From assembly GCA_036376135.1 (NCBI GenBank), contig DASVAW010000075.1, forward strand, positions 3,131-67,130: DNA of 64,000 nt, written 5' to 3'. Position numbers and translations under genes: made by a program. The stretch's first letter is position 1. Every line of letters begins with the position of its first letter. This stretch comes from Candidatus Polarisedimenticolaceae bacterium (lineage in GTDB: Bacteria; Acidobacteriota; Polarisedimenticolia; Polarisedimenticolales; DASRJG01). The notes below the pieces were generated by a model, which saw nothing but the letters and a program-made list of their open reading frames with translations, was not told the DNA's origin and searched no databases. Shown here piece after piece: positions 10,158-18,081 of the stretch.

Positions 10158-10609
10158 CCGCGCTCCTGCTGGCGATCGGGATGCACTGGGACGTCCGTCC
10201 GGACGTCCCCGTGAATCCGAAGGCGGGCGAGTCCCTCGAGGTGGCGTTTCCCCAGCTCTCCGCGGGGACGTTGATCGGCACTGTCGAGCTGGGCGAGGCG
10301 TGGATCGACGCGCGCGGATCGAGGGTCCCCGCGGCGAAGTACGCCGTCCGTTACGCGCTGCGCCCGAACGACGGGAATCACATGGGTGTCTCCGAGTATC
10401 GCGACTTCCTCGTTCTCGTTCCGCTCGCCGACGACCCGGGACCCGACGCGAAGCCGTCGTTCGATGCGATGATGGCGCTCGGGAAGAAGTCGACGGGGGG
10501 CGGGCACCCGGCGGTGATGGCTCTGGTGCCGGCCTCCGGTGCGGACGCCACGATCACGGTCGGGAACCTCCCCGTCGGCGTCGTTTTGACGTTCGAGGGG
10601 GATCCTTGA
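10154..10609 (+). CDS. Hypothetical protein (151 aa)
   Basis: Internal ATG of track ORF 9980..10609 (MTALLLAIGM). It is coupled at both ends by 4-nt/1-nt overlaps. No family recognised. Confidence 0.55.
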   Translation: MTALLLAIGMHWDVRPDVPVNPKAGESLEVAFPQLSAGTLIGTVELGEAWIDARGSRVPAAKYAVRYALRPNDGNHMGVSEYRDFLVLVPLADDPGPDAKPSFDAMMALGKKSTGGGHPAVMALVPASGADATITVGNLPVGVVLTFEGDP

Positions 10610-11871
10610 TGTTCGAGTCCGTGTTGCTGGCCGCCACCGCCTTCGTCGGTGCGCGGGTTCTGCCCGTCGAAGGGGCGCCGATCGAACGGGGGGTCCTCGT
10701 GATCGACGGCGCGAAGATCGTCGCCGTCGGCCCCGAGGGTTCGACTTCGATCCCCGCAGGGGCCAGGCGCGTCGACCTCTCCGGGAAGACGCTGATCCCC
10801 GGGCTCGTGGACACCCACAGCCACGTCGGCGGGGTCGCGGGCGCCGACGGGAGCGCCCCGATCCAGCCCGACGTGAGCGTGGGCGACTCGGTGAACCCGT
10901 TCGACCCGGGGTTCCGGCGCGTCGTCGCGGGCGGGATCACGACCATGAACGTCATGCCCGGCTCCGGGCACCTGCTCAGCGGGAAGACGGTCTACCTCAA
11001 GCCGAAGCCGGCGAAGACCCTCGATGCGATGCAGATCCGCGACGGCGCGGGGAACGCGCTGGGCGGCCTGAAGATGGCGAACGGCACGAACTCGCAGCGC
11101 GAGAATCCGCCCTTCCCCGGCACGCGCGGGAAGTCGGCGGCGCTGGTCCGCGAGAAGTTCGTCGCCGCGCAGGAGTACCGGGACAAGCTCGCCCGCGCGA
11201 AGGGAGATCCCGAGAAGGCGCCCGCGCGGGACCTCGGACTCGAGACCCTCGTCGAGGTCCTCGACGGCAAACGGGTCGTCCACCACCACACCCACCGCGC
11301 CGACGACATCCTCACCGTGCTGCGCCTTCAGAAGGAGTTCGGCTTCAAGGTCGTCCTCCAGCACGTGAGCGAGGCCTGGAAGGTGACGGACGAGATCAAG
11401 GCTTCCGGGGCAGGGTGCTCGGCGATCCTCGTGGACAGCCCCGGGGGCAAGCTCGAGACGCGCGACCTGAACCTCGCGACGGGCCGGATCCTCGAGCAGG
11501 CCGGGATCCTCACCGCCTGGCACACCGACGACTGGATTACCGACTCGCGGCTGTTCCTTCGCATGGGGGCGATCGGCGTCCGCTACGGCATGACCCGCGA
11601 GGGCTCGCTCGCGGCGCTCACCCTCAACGGGGCGAAGCTGCTCGATCTGGACGCGCGCGTGGGCTCGCTGAAGGCGGGGAAGGACGCCGACTTCGTCGTG
11701 CTCAGCGGGGATCCGTTTTCCTCGAAGACGGAGGTGCTCGAGACCTGGATCGAGGGGGAGAAGGTCTTCGACCGTTCGGTTCCCGACGATCGCCTCCACG
11801 CGGAGGGAGGATACGGCGCGGGGAACCCGATGAAGCCCTATCTCTGCTGCGCGGACGAGGTGGCCCAGTGA
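10609..11871 (+). CDS. Amidohydrolase family protein (cog1228-like, probable signal peptide)
   Basis: Internal ATG of track ORF 10300..11871 (MFESVLLAATAF). HxH motif in PGLVDTHSHVGG, further His ligands in VVHHHTHRADD, LQHVSEA and AWHTDDW, and a C-terminal GKDADFVVLSGDP. Confidence 0.9.
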   Translation: MFESVLLAATAFVGARVLPVEGAPIERGVLVIDGAKIVAVGPEGSTSIPAGARRVDLSGKTLIPGLVDTHSHVGGVAGADGSAPIQPDVSVGDSVNPFDPGFRRVVAGGITTMNVMPGSGHLLSGKTVYLKPKPAKTLDAMQIRDGAGNALGGLKMANGTNSQRENPPFPGTRGKSAALVREKFVAAQEYRDKLARAKGDPEKAPARDLGLETLVEVLDGKRVVHHHTHRADDILTVLRLQKEFGFKVVLQHVSEAWKVTDEIKASGAGCSAILVDSPGGKLETRDLNLATGRILEQAGILTAWHTDDWITDSRLFLRMGAIGVRYGMTREGSLAALTLNGAKLLDLDARVGSLKAGKDADFVVLSGDPFSSKTEVLETWIEGEKVFDRSVPDDRLHAEGGYGAGNPMKPYLCCADEVAQ

Positions 11872-13058
11872 TCGGCACCACGCTGCTGTTCGTGCTCGCC
11901 GCGCAGGACGTCGCCGTCCGCGCGGCGACCCTCCACACCATGGCCGGCCCCGAGATCCGGGACGCGGTCGTGATCGTCCGCGACGGGAAGATCGCCGAAG
12001 TCGGCCCGGCGTCGAAGGTCCGGATTCCCGCGGGCGCGAAGGTCGTCGAAGCCGCGGTCGTGACCCCCGGGCTCATCGACGCGCGGTGCACGGTCGGCGT
12101 GTCGGGACTCCTCAACACGCCCCACGACCAGGACCAGATCGACCGGTCGGCGCCGGTGCAGGCGGATCTCCGCGCCATCGACGCCTTCAACCCGCTCGAC
12201 CCGCTGGTCGCGTGGGTGCGGGGTTTCGGCGTGACGACCGTCCACACCGGCCATGCCCCCGGGGAGCTCGTGCCGGGTCAGACCGCGGTGATCAAGACGA
12301 ACGGGCTCCCCGTCGACGCCGCCGTCGTGAAGCCGTTCGCGTCGGTCGCGGTCACGCTCGGCCCGGCGGGGCTGCGGTCCGGGGAAAAGTCCCCGGGGAC
12401 GCGCGCCAAGGCGGTCGCGATGCTCCGGCAGGAGCTCATCAAGGCGAGAGAGTACGCGGCGAAGCGGAACGCCTCGGCCGAGGACAAGAAGCCCGGGCGC
12501 GACCTCGAGCTCGAGACGATGGCGGCGGTCCTGGACAGGAAGGTCCCTCTCTCGATCACCGCGAACCGGGCGCAGGACATCTCGGCGGCGCTGCGCCTGC
12601 GGCAGGAGTTCGGGTTCGACCTGATCCTCGACTCCGGGTCGGAGGCGCCGATGCTCCTCGACGACCTCAAGGCCGCGAAGGTCCCCGTGATCGTCCACCC
12701 GCCGATGTACCGGGCGTGGGGGGAGTACGAAAACGCCAGCTTCACGACGGCCGCCGTGCTCGCGAAGGCGGGAATTCCGGTGGCGCTCCAGGGCGGGTAC
12801 GAGTCCTATGTCCCCAAGGCGCGCGTGGTGCTCTTCGAGGCGCAGGTCGCGGCGGCGCACGGCCTTGGCGACGAAGGGGCGTTGCGCGCGATCACGATCG
12901 ACGCGGCGAGGATCCTCGGCGTGGCGGATCGCATCGGCTCGATCGAGGTCGGCAAGGACGCCGACCTCGCGATGTTCGACGGCGACCCGTTCGAATACAC
13001 GACCCATTGCACGGGGACGCTGATCCAGGGGCGGGAGTTTGCGGGGGAGCGGCGCTAG
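11868..13058 (+). CDS. Amidohydrolase-family paralog with degenerate metal site
   Basis: GTG at 11868 overlaps the upstream stop (GTGA). It is collinear with the upstream paralog. HxH is replaced by DARCT, HTHRADD by TANRAQD, LQH by LDS and WHTDD by LQGGY. GKDADLAMFDGDP is retained. Confidence 0.85.
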   Translation: MIGTTLLFVLAAQDVAVRAATLHTMAGPEIRDAVVIVRDGKIAEVGPASKVRIPAGAKVVEAAVVTPGLIDARCTVGVSGLLNTPHDQDQIDRSAPVQADLRAIDAFNPLDPLVAWVRGFGVTTVHTGHAPGELVPGQTAVIKTNGLPVDAAVVKPFASVAVTLGPAGLRSGEKSPGTRAKAVAMLRQELIKAREYAAKRNASAEDKKPGRDLELETMAAVLDRKVPLSITANRAQDISAALRLRQEFGFDLILDSGSEAPMLLDDLKAAKVPVIVHPPMYRAWGEYENASFTTAAVLAKAGIPVALQGGYESYVPKARVVLFEAQVAAAHGLGDEGALRAITIDAARILGVADRIGSIEVGKDADLAMFDGDPFEYTTHCTGTLIQGREFAGERR

Positions 13059-13537
13059 CGGGCGATCCCCACCTCGACCGGCGTCGCTTCGAGCACGCGG
13101 ACCAGCGCTTCAGGGTCGAGCCCGACGAGAAAGCCGCGGTGTCCGCCGTTGAGGTACACCCGCGGCAGGTCGAGGATGGTCCGCTCGACGTACACCTGGA
13201 TCGCCTTCCGGGTTCCGAACGGAGACGTTCCGCCCACCTTGTACCCCGTGTGTTTCTCGGCCACCTCGGGACGGCAGGGGACGATCGACTTCCTGCCGAG
13301 CAGGCGCGCGAGGTTCTTCGTCGAGACCTCGAGATCGCCGTGCATCAGCACGATCAGCGGCGCCTTCGATTCGTCCTCGAGGACGAGGGTCTTGACGACC
13401 GCGTGTTCGTCCACGCCGAGCTCCCGGGCGGAGACGCGCGTCCCCCCGCGCTCCTCGTAGCGGTACAGGTGCTCGGTGTAGGCGACCCCCGCGGCCTTCA
13501 GCGCCCGGACGGCGGGGGTGACGGGAGCGGCGCTCAC
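13055..13537 (-). CDS. ybaK: Cys-tRNA(Pro)/Cys-tRNA(Cys) deacylase YbaK
   Basis: 160-aa track ORF with YbaK-family motifs LVLEDESKAPLIVLMHGD and YKVGGTSPFG. The GTG start overlaps the upstream stop. Confidence 0.85.
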   Translation of the reverse strand: MSAAPVTPAVRALKAAGVAYTEHLYRYEERGGTRVSARELGVDEHAVVKTLVLEDESKAPLIVLMHGDLEVSTKNLARLLGRKSIVPCRPEVAEKHTGYKVGGTSPFGTRKAIQVYVERTILDLPRVYLNGGHRGFLVGLDPEALVRVLEATPVEVGIAR

Positions 13538-14079
13538 TGCAGCGGGGCGATGCGCTCGAGGCGCTCGAAGTTCACCGCTCGCTCCCCGTTCGCCTCCAAT
13601 TCATGGCGATGCAGCTCGATCCACGCCTTGACCAGGCGGCGCTGGGGCTTGGCGAGGCTCCCGTTCAGGATCTTCCCGGTCGCCGCGTCGAAGACCGCGG
13701 ACTCGCCGCCGTATTCGGCGTGGAAGTGGGCCCCTTGATGGGGAGCACCCTTCTCGAAGGACATCTTGATCACGATGCCGTAGAAGCGGCAGATTTCGGG
13801 CAACGGTCCGGCCTTCGAGGAGGCGCGGGACGGTGCGATCGGCAATCTGGGTCCGACGGCCCGGAAATCGGCGTCGTTCGGCCAGACGAGCGTGCGGAAA
13901 GCCGGATCGATGCGCACCCGCCGGGACATCTCGGGATCGCGCAGCGCTCCGAACACCCGGCCGCGGAGCACCGGCTGGAAATCGATCGTCTGCTCCGTCC
14001 CGTCGTCGAAGGCGACCCGCAGGACGTACGTTCCGACCTGCTCGAACCCGGTCACGAAGCGCAGGGGAAGGTGGTCCAT
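13534..14079 (-). CDS. DUF2442-DUF4160 fusion protein
   Basis: The N-terminal half matches the DUF2442 pattern (LRVAFDDGTEQTIDF...RTLVWPNDADF). The C-terminal half matches DUF4160 (PEICRFYGIVIKM...AHFHAEYGGESAVF...LVKAWIELHRHELEANG...IAPL). It is a single frame with no intervening stop. An in-frame TTG at 13803 sits where DUF4160 proteins normally start. Confidence 0.75.
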   Translation of the reverse strand: MDHLPLRFVTGFEQVGTYVLRVAFDDGTEQTIDFQPVLRGRVFGALRDPEMSRRVRIDPAFRTLVWPNDADFRAVGPRLPIAPSRASSKAGPLPEICRFYGIVIKMSFEKGAPHQGAHFHAEYGGESAVFDAATGKILNGSLAKPQRRLVKAWIELHRHELEANGERAVNFERLERIAPLQ

Positions 14080-14157
14080 CGCCGAAAGTGTAGGGCGGGC
14101 GGGCGCCGCGGCTCAAGCTGAGGCTACGATACGCGGGTTTCGACAGGAGCAGGCCCC

Positions 14158-15528
14158 ATGAAGAAGATCTGCGACAACATCCTCGAGACGATCGGGAACA
14201 CCCCGATGGTCCGGATCAACAAGCTCACGAAAGGCGTCACCGAGGCGGAGGTTCTCGCCAAGATCGAGACCTTCAACCCCGGCAACTCGATCAAGGACCG
14301 GATGGCGGTCCGGATGATCGAGGAAGCCGAGCGGCAGGGTCTACTCAAGCCCGGAGGAACGATCATCGAGGGGACCTCCGGGAACACGGGGATGGGGCTC
14401 GCGATCGCGGCGGTGGTCAAGGGTTATCACTGCATCTTCACGACGACCGACAAGCAGTCCAAGGAGAAGGCGGACGCCCTCAAGGCCCTCGGCGCCGAGG
14501 TCATCGTCTGCCCGACGAACGTCGACCCCGAGGACCCGCGCTCCTATTACTCCGTCTCCTCGCGCCTGGTGAACGAGGTGCCGAACTCGTGGAAGGCGAA
14601 CCAGTACGACAACCTGTCGAACTCCGCCGCGCACTACGAGCAGACCGGCCCCGAGATCTGGGAGCAGACGGACGGCCGGATCACCCATCTCGTCTGCGGC
14701 GTCGGTACCGGCGGGACGATCAGCGGGACCGGCCGCTTCCTCAAGGAGCAGAACCCGAAGATCAAGGTCTGGGGGATCGACACGTACGGCTCGGTCTTCA
14801 AGAAGTACAAGGAGACCGGGATCTTCGACAAGAACGAGATCTACCCCTACGTGACCGAGGGGATCGGCGAGGACTTCCTGCCGAAGAACGTCGACTTCGA
14901 CGTGATCGACCACTTCGAGAAGGTCACCGACAAGGACGCGGCGCTGATGACCCGGCGGATCGCGAGGGAAGAGGGGATCTTCGCAGGGAACTCCGCGGGA
15001 TCCGCGATGGCGGGGCTCCTCCAGCTCAAGGACCACTTCAAGAAGGGCGACGTCGTGGTCGTGATCTACCACGACCACGGCACCCGCTACGTCGGCAAGA
15101 TGTTCAACGACGAGTGGATGCGCAAGATGGGGTATTTCGAGAAAACCGGCATGACCGCGCGCGACCTCGTGTCGGCGGGGATGTCCGGCGAGCTGCTCTC
15201 CATCGAGTCCGACCGCACGGTGCAGGAGGCGGTCGAGCTGATGCGCAAGCACGACTTCTCGCAGATCTCGATCCGGAAGGAGAAGCGCCTGGTCGGCTCG
15301 CTCAACGAGTCGCACCTGTTCGAGGAGCTGGTGCGCGACCCCGACGTGCGCAAGAAGCCCGTCGAGTCGATCATGCTCCCGGCCTTCCCGTTCGTCGACA
15401 TCTCGACGCCGGTCGAGTCGATGTCCACGATGATCACGATGCAGAACCCGGCGGTCCTCGTGCGCGACTTCAAGACCGACACGACCTACATCATCACGCG
15501 TTCGGACGTGATCCGGGCGATGTGCTGA
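14158..15528 (+). CDS. Cystathionine beta-synthase (PLP domain plus tandem CBS domains)
   Basis: PLP lysine motif NSIKDR, Asn loop TSGNTG and GTGGTISG. The C-terminal ~130 aa has the CBS-pair pattern. Confidence 0.9.
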   Translation: MKKICDNILETIGNTPMVRINKLTKGVTEAEVLAKIETFNPGNSIKDRMAVRMIEEAERQGLLKPGGTIIEGTSGNTGMGLAIAAVVKGYHCIFTTTDKQSKEKADALKALGAEVIVCPTNVDPEDPRSYYSVSSRLVNEVPNSWKANQYDNLSNSAAHYEQTGPEIWEQTDGRITHLVCGVGTGGTISGTGRFLKEQNPKIKVWGIDTYGSVFKKYKETGIFDKNEIYPYVTEGIGEDFLPKNVDFDVIDHFEKVTDKDAALMTRRIAREEGIFAGNSAGSAMAGLLQLKDHFKKGDVVVVIYHDHGTRYVGKMFNDEWMRKMGYFEKTGMTARDLVSAGMSGELLSIESDRTVQEAVELMRKHDFSQISIRKEKRLVGSLNESHLFEELVRDPDVRKKPVESIMLPAFPFVDISTPVESMSTMITMQNPAVLVRDFKTDTTYIITRSDVIRAMC

Positions 15529-15529
15529 A

Positions 15530-17956
15530 TCAGTAGGCCGCGAGCAGCCTGGCCGCCCTCTCGACTCCCGCCTCTCCGGGGAGGAACGCATCCTCGAGGG
15601 GAGGGGAGTAGGGGACCGGCGCGTCGAGCGCGCCGACGACGCGCACGGGCGCGTCGAGGTCCTCGAAACACCATTCCTGGATCGTCGAGGCGAGCGACTC
15701 GCCGATGCCGCCCGTCTTCGAGTCCTCGTGGGCGATCAGCACCTTTCCGCAGTGGCGCGCGACGTCGAGGAGCGTCTCCCGGTCGAGCGGGGCGAGCGAG
15801 CGCAGGTCGAGAACCGCGCACTCGATCCCGTCCGCCGCGAGCTTCTCCGCCACCCGCAGCGCCACGTGGACGTACGCCCCGTAGCTGACGATCGCGAGGT
15901 CGCTGCCGGCGCGCCGGAGCGCGGCCTTCCCGATCGGGATCGGCTCGGGCGCGGCGTCCGCCATCCGTTGCTTGATCCGCGGCTCCCGGTACAGCGCGAT
16001 GTGCTCGTAGTAGAGGACCGGGTCGGGGTCGGCGACCGCTGCCGCCATCAGCGCCCGCGCGTCGTGGGGGGTCGAGGGGCAGACGATCTTGAGGCCGGGG
16101 GTGCGGTAGAACCACGGCTCGGTGTTCTGCGAGTGGTACGGGCCCGCGCGCCGCAGGCCTCCCCACGGCATGCGCACCACCATCGGTACCGATCCCCCCC
16201 AGCGGTAGCGGATCTTCGCGGCGTTGTTGACGAGCTGGTTGAAACCGGTCGCGACGAAGTCGTTGAACTGGATCTCGGCGATCGGGCGGCGTCCCGCCAG
16301 CGCCGCGCCGACGGCGACGCCGAGGACCCCCGCCTCGGCGATCGGCGAGTTGAGGATGCGATCGGCGTACTCGTGGAGGAGCGGACGCAGAAGCAGGAAG
16401 GCGTTTCCGTATTTCCCGCCGACGTCCTCGCCGTAGACGAACGTGCGCGGGTCGGAGCGCAAGGCGTCGCCGACGCCGAGCATGACCGCTTCGAGGAACG
16501 TCCTCCCCTTCGGGTCGAACGGCGGGGCGGGCTCAACCTCGGGGAGGGGCGAACGCTTGCGATTCAGCCGTTCGCTCGCGTTCTCGAGAGGCTCGACGTG
16601 CACCCGCGGCGGCTCGTTCGCGAGGACGCCGACGCCGGCGTTCGCCGGTTCGGGCCAGGGCGCGTCGATGACCTTGCGCGCCTCCTCCTCGACGAGGGTC
16701 TCGATCTCGGCCTTCAGCGCGTCGAGGTCCCCCTTCGCGATCACCTTCTCGGCCTCGAGCTTCTTCGCGTAGGTCGCGATCGGGTCGCGTTTCGCCCAGA
16801 AGGCGTAGAGGTCCGGATCGGCGTACCCGGCCTCGGTCGGCTTCGGATAGTCCCACGAGGGCTGCGGGTCCTTCCCGAGGTAGAGCATGTCGTCGTGGTG
16901 CGCGTGACCGCACATGCGCATCGCGACGAGCTCGATCAGCGTGGGGCCCTTGCCTTGCCTCGCGCGTTCGGCGGCCCACGCGAAGGCTGCCGCGATCGCC
17001 TCGGGGTCGGTCCCGTCGAGGGTGATCCCGGGAATCCCGTACCCCGCGGCCTTGTCGGCGAAGGCGCGCACCGCCGACTGGTCCTTCAGCGGGGTCGAGA
17101 GGGCCGTCTGGTTGTTCTGGACGCAGAAGATCGCGGGGAGCTTCCGGGCCGCGGCGAGGTTGATCGCCTCGTGCCACTCGCCGAGCGACGTTCCCCCCTC
17201 GCCGATGAACGACACCGCGACGCGGTCGACCCCGTCGAGGGCGAAGGCCATCGCCATTCCCGCCGCGGTCATCGTGGAGATCGTCAGCGGCGCCGAGGCG
17301 GGCAGAACCCCCCACGCGAAGTCGCCGGTGTGGAGGTCCTTCCCGTCCATCGGGGGGCCGGCCTTCCCCATCTGCGCGCTCAGAACGCCCCGGACCGCGT
17401 CGCGGTCGCCGCGCATGCACAACGCCGCGCCGAGGTCGCGGATCAGGGGGGCGACGACGTCCCCCTTCCACGTGCCGTCGTCGTTGCGGTGCTCCGGACC
17501 GCGCCGGAGGCGCAGCGGCGCGGCGTAGATGGCCTCCTGGCCGAGGGATCGAAATCCTTTCCCCTGGAAGGAGGCGCTCCCGTAACGGACCTCGCCGCCG
17601 GCGAAGAACTGCTTGAGGCGGTTGTCGACGGCGCGGGTGAGGACCATCCCGCGAAGCATCTCGAGCTTCTCTTCCTTCGTGATCGAGCCCAGGAGCGCCT
17701 CGCGCCGGAGGAAGGCGTCGCAGGCGTCGAGGACCTCCTCGATCGCGGCGGCGTGCCGCTGCTTCCCCGCGACGCCGGGGGAGGTCTCGAACTTCTCCCT
17801 CGGGAGATCCCGCTCGAGCGCCTGCTTCAGGAGCTTCCGCAAAGGGGTGCGCGCGTTCGCCTTCGCGAACGCCTTGATCGCGGCCCCGGCTGCGAACGGG
17901 TAACGGTCGGTGACGAAGGCGGCGAAGCGCGAGGCCGGGAGCTTCGAGACGGCCAT
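15530..17956 (-). CDS. 2-oxoacid dehydrogenase E1 component, fused alpha/beta subunits (TPP-dependent)
   Basis: 808-aa track ORF. The alpha part has the TPP motif FIGEGGTSLGEWHEAINLAA...NNQ. The beta part has FVYGEDVG and IAEAGVLGVAVGAAL. No E2/E3 genes are nearby. Confidence 0.9.
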   Translation of the reverse strand: MAVSKLPASRFAAFVTDRYPFAAGAAIKAFAKANARTPLRKLLKQALERDLPREKFETSPGVAGKQRHAAAIEEVLDACDAFLRREALLGSITKEEKLEMLRGMVLTRAVDNRLKQFFAGGEVRYGSASFQGKGFRSLGQEAIYAAPLRLRRGPEHRNDDGTWKGDVVAPLIRDLGAALCMRGDRDAVRGVLSAQMGKAGPPMDGKDLHTGDFAWGVLPASAPLTISTMTAAGMAMAFALDGVDRVAVSFIGEGGTSLGEWHEAINLAAARKLPAIFCVQNNQTALSTPLKDQSAVRAFADKAAGYGIPGITLDGTDPEAIAAAFAWAAERARQGKGPTLIELVAMRMCGHAHHDDMLYLGKDPQPSWDYPKPTEAGYADPDLYAFWAKRDPIATYAKKLEAEKVIAKGDLDALKAEIETLVEEEARKVIDAPWPEPANAGVGVLANEPPRVHVEPLENASERLNRKRSPLPEVEPAPPFDPKGRTFLEAVMLGVGDALRSDPRTFVYGEDVGGKYGNAFLLLRPLLHEYADRILNSPIAEAGVLGVAVGAALAGRRPIAEIQFNDFVATGFNQLVNNAAKIRYRWGGSVPMVVRMPWGGLRRAGPYHSQNTEPWFYRTPGLKIVCPSTPHDARALMAAAVADPDPVLYYEHIALYREPRIKQRMADAAPEPIPIGKAALRRAGSDLAIVSYGAYVHVALRVAEKLAADGIECAVLDLRSLAPLDRETLLDVARHCGKVLIAHEDSKTGGIGESLASTIQEWCFEDLDAPVRVVGALDAPVPYSPPLEDAFLPGEAGVERAARLLAAY

Positions 17957-18081
17957 GAACGGTTCCCCCGAAGGCGAGCCCGCGATCCTACTCGCGTCCG
18001 AGGCCGTGGGGCAAGGTGGCGCGTACTTCCGGACTGGGTCAAACTCTCCGGCTATCTCGCGGCGAATCGCGACGAGGAGGT

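Noticed and set aside
14158-15528. Drop in GC to roughly 55-60% and a Lys-rich protein (cystathionine beta-synthase), suggesting a horizontally acquired island. korAB shows a similar dip.
   Set aside because: Third-codon positions remain about 95% G/C, as in the neighbours. The lower GC therefore comes from conserved amino-acid composition at codon positions 1 and 2, not from foreign codon usage. There are no flanking repeats or mobility genes.
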